Virus record (IMG/VR): IMGVR_UViG_3300020045_013880 | Span: 140-64,139 of that record | Length of the DNA stretch: 64,000 bases | Direction: 5' to 3' (one strand) | Origin: a virus | Part shown: piece after piece, positions 28,907 to 39,505 of the stretch | Numbering within the stretch: the first letter of the stretch is position 1 | How the letters are laid out: each line of letters starts with the position of its first letter | Translations under genes and position numbers: made by a program | Notes under the pieces: model-generated | The model's input: the letters and a program-made list of their open reading frames with translations, nothing else | The model's database searches: none | Told to the model about the DNA's origin: nothing

Positions 28907-29043
28907 ATTTCTAATCCTTTAAAATTTACATTATGGACTCTTCATAGAAAAAAGTAATCTGGGTAGTGATTGTTACAGAATAATCACTAAAATTATGTCA
29001 TCACTACCCAATTACTATTTATCAACTCTTAAATATTTTAATC

Positions 29044-29481
29044 ATGGGAAGGGAACTAAGAAAGGTTGCAAAAAATTGGGAGCATCCAAAAGATGGAAAT
29101 GTATATTACAAACCACTTCTTGGGAGAAAATTTTCAACTTCTTTAAGAAGATGGAATTTTAAAGAAAAAAAGTGGAATCAAGGACTTAGAGATAATTTTG
29201 ATGGTTCTTATGTAAATAAAGAGAAAAAGTATGAAAACATGAGTTATTCAAAATATGCTGGAAAAAAGCCATTAAAAGAAGACTATATGCCAGAATGGAA
29301 AGACGAAGAGCTTACTCATATTCAACTTTATGAAAACACTACCGAGGGAACGCCAATTAGTCCTGTATTTCATAAAGACGAACTTGAAAAACTTTGCGAA
29401 TATGCTGAAAATAACTGTACTTCCTCTGGTAATTATAGACATTCAAAAGAAATATGGTTTAAATTTCTAAAAAATCAATAG
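29044..29481 (+). CDS. phage hypothetical protein
   Basis: MGRELRKV..NWEHPK ... YMPEW ... QLYENTTEGTPISPVF. Confidence 0.7.
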   Translation: MGRELRKVAKNWEHPKDGNVYYKPLLGRKFSTSLRRWNFKEKKWNQGLRDNFDGSYVNKEKKYENMSYSKYAGKKPLKEDYMPEWKDEELTHIQLYENTTEGTPISPVFHKDELEKLCEYAENNCTSSGNYRHSKEIWFKFLKNQ

Positions 29482-29482
29482 A

Positions 29483-29842
29483 ATGAGATGGAAAATAAAT
29501 GAAGAGCCAGTAGGAAATACTTGTCCAATTATTGACTCAGTAATCAGAGATGCAAATAGCTTGTTCAATGCAATTCAAGAGCAAGATGAATCAGACCATC
29601 AAAACATTAAAGACATTCTTGATTCAATGGAAGAAATTAGGTCAGCTAATGCCAGTCTAAGAAGTTGGGGAAATGATTTAGTAAAAGAAGTCGAAGAAAA
29701 ACAGGAAGAAATAGATGAATTAGAAAAAAAGGTTTCAAATCTTGAAAGTGATTATAGTTCATTAGAGCAAGACTATAACAAATTGGAAAAAGAAGCCGAA
29801 AATCTGAGAAAACAAATAGAAGACTTGGAAAGTCAACTTTAG
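29483..29842 (+). CDS. coiled-coil protein
   Basis: PVGNTCP.ID, EEIR.AN..LR.WG and a heptad C-terminus. Confidence 0.7.
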   Translation: MRWKINEEPVGNTCPIIDSVIRDANSLFNAIQEQDESDHQNIKDILDSMEEIRSANASLRSWGNDLVKEVEEKQEEIDELEKKVSNLESDYSSLEQDYNKLEKEAENLRKQIEDLESQL

Positions 29843-29928
29843 TAGAGAGCATCGGAATCGAACCGAAACGTTTTTAGTCGTCGAGCCGATTAGCAGTCGG
29901 TCCATATCACCATCAATGTTTACTCTCT
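29843..29928 (-). tRNA. tRNA-Ser(GCT)
   Basis: Acceptor AGAGAGT/GCTCTCT, anticodon loop CTGCTAA, long variable region, T loop TTCGATT; no encoded CCA. Confidence 0.75.
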
Positions 29929-29934
29929 ATTTAG

Positions 29935-30007
29935 TATGGACTGCGAGAGTCGAACTCGCAAAAACTTGTTCCTAAGACAAGCGTGTCTGCCATTCCACCA
30001 AGTCCAC
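29935..30007 (-). tRNA. tRNA-Leu(TAG) with short variable loop
   Basis: GTGGACT/AGTCCAT, D arm GTGGAATGGCAGACAC, CTTGT-CTTAGGA-ACAAG, GCGAG-TTCGACT-CTCGC. Confidence 0.8.
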
Positions 30008-30015
30008 AATTTGAG

Positions 30016-30091
30016 TCTGATATGCAAGATTTGAACTTGCGTTCTCCTGTGTCCAGAACAGGCGAGGACGGCCTAACTCCTCCAATACCAG
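30016..30091 (-). tRNA. tRNA-Pro(TGG), atypical anticodon loop
   Basis: CTGGTAT/ATATCAG plus A73, CCTGT-TCTGGAC-ACAGG, GCAAG-TTCAAAT-CTTGC. Confidence 0.65.
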
Positions 30092-30222
30092 ATATAAAAA
30101 AAGTCTTCACAAATTAATGAGAAGACTTTTCTAATGAAAACCAAATTCATAGTCAAGAATCCTCAGATAAAATCTGCGGCAGAAGACTAAGGATATTTAA
30201 GTTTTGATTTTTCATTTTTTAG

Positions 30223-30295
<73 letters not shown>

Positions 30296-30298
30296 ACA

Positions 30299-30329
30299 CA
30301 AAAGTAATTGAATATTTTATAAAACCAAA
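30299..30329 (-). promoter_or_regulatory. promoter of the tRNA cluster
   Basis: Minus strand TTTG-N19-TACTTTTG, a perfect TAnnTTTG, immediately before tRNA-fMet. Confidence 0.7.
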
Positions 30330-30342
30330 AAATAAATTCAAA

Positions 30343-30879
30343 ATGTCAAAGAAAATACACGGAAAAATTCTTTCAATTAGTTGCAAGAACACTAAAGAGT
30401 CTTCATTAAGAATCTATAATTGCGGGTTTGAGAGTGAGCAAGTAGTCATAAAGCATGAAGAAAACACGCTAATAATCCAAAGAACTGGGATTTCTTACGT
30501 AGGCAAAAGTAAAAAAATGTACTTTCACAAGAATTACAATTTTGGACAAATATCTTTCAATGAAAAGCTAAGGCCAGGCAAATACGAGCTTGACCCAGCA
30601 AGTGATGAAGATATTTTAATCTTCGATTTGTCTATGCCAATTGTTGAAGAAACTTGTGTTGAACTTGCAGGAATAGAAGATGATGAATTTACCGTTATTT
30701 GCATGAACGGAAAAGCGTATGCTACTGGAGAGAAATACGAGTTTACTCTAAAATACCCAAAAATAGAAGAACTCGAAAATCATCAAATTGAGTATGCTCT
30801 TATGTATAGAGGTCTTCCATTGGACTCAAAACCAACTTACGGAGACATAATGATTTCTTACGGTGTAATTCAAGACTAA
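30343..30879 (+). CDS. hypothetical protein
   Basis: Start MSKKIHG; the longer ORF-track version overlaps tRNA-fMet. Confidence 0.65.
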   Translation: MSKKIHGKILSISCKNTKESSLRIYNCGFESEQVVIKHEENTLIIQRTGISYVGKSKKMYFHKNYNFGQISFNEKLRPGKYELDPASDEDILIFDLSMPIVEETCVELAGIEDDEFTVICMNGKAYATGEKYEFTLKYPKIEELENHQIEYALMYRGLPLDSKPTYGDIMISYGVIQD

Positions 30880-31056
30880 AATGAAAAGACCATTCAAATC
30901 AAATACTAATTTGCTTATGAAATCAAGAAATATGCTTTCATACTCAAAAAACATGGCAGCTTCAACTGTAATTCTTTCAGATGAAAACGAACAAAAGCGA
31001 AAGCTCGCCATTGATTACATAAATCAAGCTATAAACCTTTTAAACGACATAAAATA

Positions 31057-31782
31057 ATGCAACTCACCATACTAATTATCGAATCACTAAGTAATTTTAT
31101 TCTTATTGCTCTTTTGGTACGTTCTGAGCTAAAAATCATAAAAGGTAAGAAAATGTTGTTGGAGCAGAGAGAAAGAGAACAGAAACTCGAAAAAGAGTTC
31201 AGAGAGTCGCCACTTTACCAACAAAAAATTGGAAGAGTTATAAGAAAAGATGAAGAAATTGAAAAAGGTGTCAAAAAAAAAGTTTCAATAATTGATGATA
31301 TTGGAAAAATAGACACAAAAAGTCATGTTTTTAATGCCAAAGAACTTCAAAACACACTTGATTTTTTAATGGAATACAATCCTAAAAAAATTGAAGAAAT
31401 TGGAAGCGAAACCAATTATGAAGATATTAAGAATTTTGATGAAGGATTTTTCAAAGAAAAAAAGGAAAAGAAAAATAAATCTCTTGAAACTTTGGCAATG
31501 TGTATGGGGGTATCAGTAGAAGATGTCAAGAAAATAAGAAACTTAGATTTACTACCAACAGACAGAATAAAAAGAATTATTGATGTTTACTTGATGAAGC
31601 CAGACATTGATTTTGCAATATCTTATTCATCAAGTGATATGGAAGTAGAGTGGGCAAGAAAGCAAGTGTTTGCAGAAAGGGAAAATTTAAAAGAGTTTGG
31701 TCTTAAAAAACACTTAGAGTTTGAAAAAGAATTGAAATCAATAAGTACAGATATTATTAGGAAAAAGGATTCGGAATTATGA
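31057..31782 (+). CDS. membrane-anchored hypothetical protein
   Basis: Hydrophobic N-terminus and charged helical body. Confidence 0.6.
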   Translation: MQLTILIIESLSNFILIALLVRSELKIIKGKKMLLEQREREQKLEKEFRESPLYQQKIGRVIRKDEEIEKGVKKKVSIIDDIGKIDTKSHVFNAKELQNTLDFLMEYNPKKIEEIGSETNYEDIKNFDEGFFKEKKEKKNKSLETLAMCMGVSVEDVKKIRNLDLLPTDRIKRIIDVYLMKPDIDFAISYSSSDMEVEWARKQVFAERENLKEFGLKKHLEFEKELKSISTDIIRKKDSEL

Positions 31783-31833
31783 ATTGAGCCAAATATCTCA
31801 TAAACAAGCACTCAAAAAACAGTAAAAATCAAT

Positions 31834-31974
31834 AATTGTACTTTTTAAAGAATCTTTGACTAAAATAGCGTCTTTTTTGATAAAAACGTTGTATTTTTCA
31901 AAGATTCTTTTTTTGTTGCTTGTTTATTAAATATAATAATGTAATATTTGTCATATCATTTAATAACAAAACAA
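31834..31974 (+). repeat. hairpin-plus-promoter repeat, copy 3
   Basis: Near-identical to copies 1 and 2. Confidence 0.85.
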
Positions 31975-31982
31975 TCAGTATT

Positions 31983-34900
31983 ATGAAAAATGTAATTATT
32001 GAAATATCGGAGAATGTAGAAAACGCTGAAATTCACAAAATAACAGTTTCTAAGAGACGTTTGTCAAAGTTGCAATGTTATTGCTCACTTGGAGGATTTA
32101 AACGCTATCACATTGATGTTTATGACTTTACAGAATCAAAAAATACTCATAAAAGCGATTTAAAGCCTATTTTTAATAAAATCTTTCCAGAATTAAAACA
32201 CTTTTCAAAATTAATTTAAGTCATGGCTAATCTAAATAAAAAACAAATTCAATCAATAGAATCAATACTATTTGATTTAGAAAAGGCAGAAAAGTTCTTA
32301 TTAAAAGAAACTACTATTATAGCAGTTGAAAGAAGTGTAACGAGCGACAAAGAAAATACATGGAAAAGTGGAGATAGAGTAGCTACAACTTTCAATAAAA
32401 ATGTAGGCAATGACTTGTGCTATTTGTATAATGCAAAAGAAAGATTAAACTTATTTTTAAAATCAAACAAATGAAAAAAAACCTATGCAGGTGCAATAAT
32501 TGCGATTCAATTCTAATTGACAGAAATCCTCAATCAGATGCAATTGAGCATGAATTAAAAGGAAACGAAATTGAAATGGTTTTTATTTATGATGGAAAGG
32601 AAAAGGATTATTATTGGGCTTGTCCTAAATGTAAAACTGATGATTATTTAACAGATTCTATTGATTAAATAAAAAAACATCAACTAACTTTTAACATCTA
32701 TATTATGAAATCAGTATATATTTTATTCAGTTCCGACCAATGGAATAGCAATCACAAATTTCTTGGAGTTTATTCAACAAAAAATAAAGCCAAAAAAGAA
32801 GCAAATAATCACTCAAACAAAAAGCTAAGTGATGATGATTTGCTAAATTTAGAGCATCAAAATCAAACACAGGGAAGAAAATAGAATTACGAAATTATTT
32901 TCAGACCATTAAATCAAAATCTATGAAATTCTTTTATTTAGGAGAAAGTGGACAAAAAGTTTTCTTCAACGACCTTTCAATTTCTGGAATATATATTTTG
33001 AAAGGACTTCAAGACGATTCTGACCGAGGTAGAGTAAGTGTTAGAGTAGGAAGTGCATTGTGTCCTGTATGCTGGGTGGAAGACAATACGCCAGTAATTC
33101 TTGAAGATATGAGTGATGTGATTTTTAATTACGAGACTTATTTGCTCGGTATTCGTGTTCCAAGCATTTGCTGGGCTGATAATAAAAGTGAAATCCTTTA
33201 CTTTTTTGATAATCAAGACAACTTGATTCTTAAAAAAACAGTAAAAGAGTTTGACCAGATTATAAACTAATTAAGACAAATGAAAGCTCGAATCACTATT
33301 GAAAACAATTTCAGCATCATATTTGATGCACCCGAAAGCATAACTGAGGAAACTATTATTTCTATTTTAAAAGAAAATAGCATCCATCTTAAAAAAGATG
33401 GATTGCCAAAGTTTGAAGTTAGATTGTATAAATCTTTCAAAAACTTTTCTCCAGTATTTGCATCTGGGCAGCTCTCTTTAAATCAAAACAATAGCGGTAA
33501 AAATTACTTAGTTACATTGACAGGATTAAAAAATCCAAGATGGTGGAAGTTCAATCCAGTTTTACACATAAAAGGAATTGTATTTACCGAAGATAGAGTA
33601 GCTTTATAAAATCATCGTATGAAAAAAAAGTTAGCAGAAATATCAGAATTGTTTTTCTACTCAAAGACAAAACAAGAAATGCCAAATCTTGTAATAAAAG
33701 CACAAATTAGGAGTGGAAAAGCGTATTTTAAAATAGGCACATATTCTTTTGATTATATAACTGGAGTATCAAAAGTTTCAAACATCATACCAGAAATGAA
33801 TTATCAAACTTGTTTATCATTTTTAAAATCACAGCAATGAAACCAGAAACTAAATCAGTATACAAAGTCCACTCATGGACTATAAAAACAACTCGCAAGG
33901 GCTTAGAAATGCCTTACGAAAATACAAGACATTTTTTTGATTTTGAATCAGCCGAAGAGCAATTCAAAGTTCAAAAAAGTAAAGTTTCTTTCGAGATTCA
34001 AAACGGAAAGAATTTGAAAGGATTTGTGACTTTACAGGAATGTAAAGGTATAGTTGGAGAGATTTCGGTAGGAACAGAACTAAAACGAGCTGAATTGTAA
34101 TGGAAAAGAGAATCGAAATAGAGTATCACCTTGACACGAGTAGTGTTGAGTTGACAGTTGAAATGGAAAACGTACTAAACGAAAAATGTTTGGATAGAGT
34201 AAAAAACGAATATTCTTCTGGTATGATAAGCGGAGAGCTGATTGAAAGTTTTGATGAAAAAACTTTCTACGGATGGTTTTGGATTAAAGAATTTATTCTC
34301 GCAAAGGAAAAAGCTATTGAAGAAATAAGGCTCGTTTCTGATAAGCAAATATATTGGAAAGAGAAGCCATTTGCAGGAAATCTACTATACTGTAATTATG
34401 GAAAATACTGTGATTTTGTAGAAAAAGAAACTTGTATTTACGCATACCTAAAAGCTCAATAAAATGGAAAAAATACTTTGCATCTGGTCTTCTAAAAATG
34501 ATAGACCAGTATTTACAGAAGAAAGAACTCTCGTTTACAGAAATGGAGATTTTTCTATATTCAGACAGTCGCCTAATTCATATCTTTACACATACAAAGG
34601 TGTTTCGATAAAATGTTTAGTCGGATTAAACAAAGAATTAGTTGATTGCCTGGCATCGGGCAGAAATTACGAAAACAAATTCATTCACAAGTCTTCACTT
34701 GAAAATATAGAGAAGGCAAAACACCTAATCAAGATTCATGGAATTAACAGGTAAAGTTCTTAGAGTTATTGCGATTAGCAGGAAAGGATTGTTTGATGAA
34801 TCAGCGATGGTTCATGCTTGCGATAACTGCGGTAGAGCGATAGTAAACTATGCAGAAGTGACCGATGGAATCAAAAACTACATAATCGGGCTGGATTGTA

Positions 34901-36166
34901 AAAAGTCTTTGATAGACAAGAAAGTTCTTGATGAATTACTTAAAAAAGAGCCAGAATTTCTTCGTAAATACAAAGAAAAGGATTTCAATTCTGAGCTAAA
35001 TAATGTCAATAAGATGCTACTGGAGTCCAGTCGACCAGATGTAGAAATTGATGTTGATGAAAAATTAGACTGGTTTTCAGTAAAGGATATGAAGCAAAAA
35101 AACGACTTAGGACTTGATGGAAAAATCACTTATAGTCAAAACTTGCGGTTCTTATATCGAATGGGATTGAAAGATTATATTCAAAAACTCAAAATAAAAT
35201 CAAAATGAACTCACTACTACCGTATAATGGAAGAATGGAGCAGGAGCTACCAATTCAAGTAAGATTAGAAGTTTACAAAAAAGTAGAAACTCTTATAATT
35301 GAGAGAAATTGGGGAAAATACGGAATTTCTGGCCCATGGCTTTGCTTGACTCTACCATGTGTTTTGTGGGATTTGAAACACGTAAATAATCATGGTCCAG
35401 ATGATTATGAATGGACTTGTAGAAAAACTCAAATAGCTTTTCCAGAGCTTTCACATAAAGTAGTAGAAATTCTTGATAATATTTGCGGCAATGCTACGCC
35501 ACAAAGATTAGAATTTATCAGAGAATGGATTCAAAAACTCGAAAATCAACTAAAACATGAGCAAACTACCATATAGCGGAAATCTGGACTCAGAAATCCC
35601 ACCAGAAATACGATTATTAGTTTACAAGAAAGCAATATGTCAAATAAAGAGAAAGACTTATACTAAATACGGTCTTGAATCAGCTTATTTATGCTTGTTG
35701 CTTCCTTGCATTCTATGGAATTTGAAAACATATGAGAATTGTGGGCCAAATCTATATAATTGGGAAAACACAAACAACGCCTTTCCAGAGTTTAAAGAAA
35801 AAGAAATTAACTCAATCACTTCAATACCAATAAATTTAAGTGGAGAAAAAACAATAATTCAATCGAGAAAAAAAAGAGACAAAAAAAGGCTCGAAATACT
35901 CGAAAATGCAATAGTCAAAGTTCAAAAAATATTAAACAAAGAATAAAATGCAAAATAAAATAAAATTAGCACTTGAAAAATTAGTAAAAGAAAACACAAG
36001 ATTTTCTCTAAAAATCGTAAAAGAAGGTTTTTATTTAAACAAAAAAGATGGAAACTATGGATTTATATCAAATTCATTGGAGTACAAACAACCAAAGGGA
36101 TGTTCTTGGAGGAATGAAATAAATTCTTATTTAAAGGAATTTAACTTAGAATTGAAAAATCATTAA
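31983..36166 (+). other. run of small early-type hypothetical genes (31983-32219, 32223-32474, 32471-32668, 32923-33270, 33280-33609, 33619-33840, 33837-34100, 34100-34462, 34464-34754, 34738-35208, 35205-35576, 35557-35946, 35948-36166)
   Basis: Tightly packed same-strand ORFs after promoter repeat 3; no domains recognised apart from CxxC pairs. Confidence 0.65.
32705..32926 (+). pseudogene. hypothetical gene with in-frame TAG (32882-32884)
   Basis: MKSVYILFSSDQW...QTQGRK*NYEIIFRPLNQNL*; read-through ends in an ATGA overlap with 32923. Confidence 0.55.
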
Positions 36167-36183
36167 ATCAAAAAAATAAAACA

Positions 36184-36489
36184 ATGATAACTTTTTCGCA
36201 ACCAGAATCTAAATGTACTTTTTGTAAATGCAAACTGGACAGACACACTACTTCATCAGAGCGACTACCAGATAAAGGAGATATTTCAATCTGCAATAGT
36301 TGCGGAGAAATAGGAGAGTTCGATGAAGACTTAAATATCATTCACTCACCACAGATTTAAGAAATAAAAACTTCCGACCCAGATTTCTACAATCAGCTCT
36401 TAGAAATACAAGCAATTGTTAGAAAAAAAACGACAATTAGAGAAAAACTAACTGAAATCAGAAAAAACATCGAAACAAATCACTTATGA
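36184..36489 (+). pseudogene. zinc-ribbon gene with in-frame TAA (36358-36360)
   Basis: CTFC...GDISICNSCG...HSPQI*EIKTSDPDFYNQLL...; read-through ends in an ATGA overlap with 36486. Confidence 0.55.
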
Positions 36490-36789
36490 ACTATCACAGC
36501 CCACTCACCGAAGAAGTACCAAAAGAAATAAGATTACAACCAGAAGAATCAGAAAAAATCAAAATTCGAGTACAACTATTAAACTCAGCAATAAAACAGC
36601 TCGAAAATAAATCTGTAAAACACTAACAAGAACAAGAACAAAAATAACGTAGTAATCAATAACCCAAATATTCCAAAAACTCACTAAAATATTCCAAAAT
36701 CAATCAACATAAACACAAAATTCAATGAAATAACCATAAACAATACGCACTCATAGAAGAAATCTATAAAATATCCCAATCTCATAGAT

Positions 36790-36829
36790 AAAGTCAATTC
36801 AACTCTAATCAGTAGAATTGACTTTTTTT
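36790..36829 (+). terminator. intrinsic terminator
   Basis: AAAGTCAATTC...GAATTGACTTTTTTT. Confidence 0.7.
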
Positions 36830-37748
36830 GCGGTATATCAACAATCCACAAATCCATATCTCAGCCATTCTTCTCTCAATGTATTCAGTTTACTGAGTTT
36901 TATTGTTTTTTACTCAAATTCATAGAATTTACATTCAATTTACACTCAATGTTTGCACATTTTCGGATGATAAAACACTTTCGCATTAATTATTTCGACT
37001 AAGCCCAAGCATTTCTACATTTCTGCTACTCAAAAAGCTCCAAAACCCCATCGAAGCGATGATTTGCGTCATAGATAAAATCTAACTGACAATCTTTCGA
37101 GTCAAACTTTCCAGTCAAATTACGGCTAAATGCTCATTTTTTACTTTCAAAGCAAAATTCTTGAAAAAGTACAATGATTTTTTATATCAACCGTGCATAT
37201 TTTGTCATTTCAACTTAGAAAAGTACAACTTGAAAAAGTCAAAATTTTGAATTTTGCGTGAAATTTCCAGCGAAAAAGTTTTCAAATTTTTTTTATTGGG
37301 TGGATTTAGGAAGCTCCATCTATTGGTCAGCTCTCGCTCAAATCCAGCTCCTGGCGTATGGACCGATGCTCGTTTTTGAGTCGAAACTCGAAATATGACA
37401 AAAATCACATTTTTGCACGAAATTTGTGGAAAAAAGCGTATTTCTATTGTAGTTTATAAGTAGCTCAAATAAAGCGTTTTTGATTCATAATAGAGTAGAT
37501 AAACAATAGTGTTTAAACTCCTTTTTTAGCTAAAATTGACAGATTCCAGATATTTATTTTAACTCAAATTCGAGTTGAAACACTATATTTCGGGAGAAAA
37601 ACATCCTAAACAAGCTACACAAAATTATATTAATTTGTATATTAAATTATGTTCCGTACATTTGTATCAGTCAAACGGGAAACGAACGCTACATAACATG
37701 AGTATAGTAGAATAGTTTATCAGACAAATTTTTAACTCACTTTTAAAT

Positions 37749-37991
37749 ATGAATACTAAAATGAAAAACGAATTAATAAAAGCAATGTTTGTGATTCTAC
37801 AATCAAAAATCACAACTGACAATATGAGAGAGTGTGTAAAAATAGAACTTTTGGACAAAGAAATAACAATCACTTTCATCCCAAGCGTAACACGTACTTT
37901 TAATTATACTGAAATATTGAACGTTGTTTGTCATCCGTTATATTACTACGCTCAAATAGATGGGAAAAGTTTAGTTTATCATATTTATTAA
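37749..37991 (+). CDS. hypothetical protein
   Basis: Downstream of a TACATTTG (-7) motif at about 37657. Confidence 0.55.
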   Translation: MNTKMKNELIKAMFVILQSKITTDNMRECVKIELLDKEITITFIPSVTRTFNYTEILNVVCHPLYYYAQIDGKSLVYHIY

Positions 37992-38232
37992 TCATTCACT
38001 TTTTAAATTATTCCAATTATGAATACAGAATGCGAAAAAGTTTTGCACGAAATAGATAATTTCGTAAAAAAAAGACTTCCAATGTATGACGATTTTAGTA
38101 AGAAGTCAAGAACACGGAACGGAATGGACTGAATACGAATTTAGTGTACTAATTTCAGTTCAATAACAAAATTAGAGTATCATTTCAATCATTAATTAAT
38201 ATTTTTTTTAAACACAAAAACAAATTAACAAA

Positions 38233-39114
38233 ATGGAAAATTCATCTAACATCGCAGTAATAACAATTTTAGCAACTCAAAACAGTACTGACAAACTTTT
38301 TGGATATAGTTCAGTTTTGAGCAAAGAAAGTACAAAAGTAAAGTCGTTTTCAGTTTTGAGCAAAGAAAGTACAAAAGGATTTTTCGTTGCATCTTGGAGC
38401 ATAGAGCAAAACAAAGAAGTCGAATCGTACAAATGCGAGTATGATACTAATATAGAGTATCAGCATGGAAGCGTAGGACGTTATCTACAATCAGTCCACA
38501 AGTACGAAAACGAAATGCTACACAGTTTCGGAAACACTCCAGTAACAAGCGTGCAAGATATTGCAAGTGTTTTTAATATTCCTATTCAGTTTTTGCAGAA
38601 TCCGTCTGCATCCGTTGAAGTAGCGGAACTAATAAGCGACTTTGCAAGTAACGACAAAGCAACTACGGAGGACGTTAGAACGCTATTACAAGCGTTAAGC
38701 GAATACGGATTAGTAATAGATGAAAGTAATTTGTACGCTTCAAAAATTCAGTCACTCACTTCATTACAAAAATCGTACGTTTACTATAAGGACAAAACAA
38801 GTGTACGTACAAGTAAATCAAAGTGGACTGATAGTACAGAAATTGTCCTTACTTGTAGATTCAACAACGAGAGCGACAAAAAAGGATATGCACACACAAT
38901 CGAATCAATCATTAGTGATTCAATCAAGCGTATCAAATCGAATGAGAAAAAGAGTGCAAAAATGACTGCACTGGAGACGTTTGACGACAAAAAAGCGTTT
39001 TTGTTCGCTGAAATCGAAAGCAACATGAAACACTACACAAGCACTGCTTTATCTGTCAAAGTTGCAATTGTCGAGAAAGAAACGCAAACTTTCAACTTAG
39101 ATGAACTGCTTTAA
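38233..39114 (+). CDS. hypothetical protein
   Basis: 293 aa, A-rich leader, followed by a terminator. Confidence 0.7.
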   Translation: MENSSNIAVITILATQNSTDKLFGYSSVLSKESTKVKSFSVLSKESTKGFFVASWSIEQNKEVESYKCEYDTNIEYQHGSVGRYLQSVHKYENEMLHSFGNTPVTSVQDIASVFNIPIQFLQNPSASVEVAELISDFASNDKATTEDVRTLLQALSEYGLVIDESNLYASKIQSLTSLQKSYVYYKDKTSVRTSKSKWTDSTEIVLTCRFNNESDKKGYAHTIESIISDSIKRIKSNEKKSAKMTALETFDDKKAFLFAEIESNMKHYTSTALSVKVAIVEKETQTFNLDELL

Positions 39115-39139
39115 TAGTATCACTAACTAACTAATCATT

Positions 39140-39170
39140 AAGGACTGTATTTATTTACAGTCCTTTTTTT
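39140..39170 (+). terminator. intrinsic terminator
   Basis: AAGGACTGTA-TTTATT-TACAGTCCTTTTTTT. Confidence 0.8.
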
Positions 39171-39505
39171 GTGTCTATACTTGCGTGCATTCAACGCTTT
39201 ATCCATTCCTTTGCATTCTTATCACTCCGTAACTTTCAAATCATTAGAATCAATTCTTTGCAGTCCCTCCCCCTCCCCCCCCCGAAAAAGGCCTTTTCCT
39301 ATGTGTGGACACAAAATAAAAATCGCACCATTTTCCTTAACTGATTTTTTTTTGTTACATTTGTTTGAAGTGAGTAATTTGTTAGATGAGCCAGTCACGG
39401 ATAGTGCATACCTTTTGGGTTTGCACTATTTTTTTTGGTTGTTTGTGGATATGTTATTAAGTTTGTTGATATGATTGTTTAATTTTCAAACTTAACAAGT
39501 CAAAT

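Noticed and set aside
29935-30007. Amber suppressor tRNA
   Set aside because: Anticodon TAG reads CUA (Leu). A suppressor needs CTA or TTA, and none of the four tRNAs has one.
38019-38166. Small ORF with a possible frameshift in an A8 run
   Set aside because: Both frames are short; I cannot tell a programmed shift from a homopolymer error or chance.
39169-39474. 101 aa ORF spanning the C tract
   Set aside because: It starts within the terminator T tract and has low-complexity composition; more likely non-coding.
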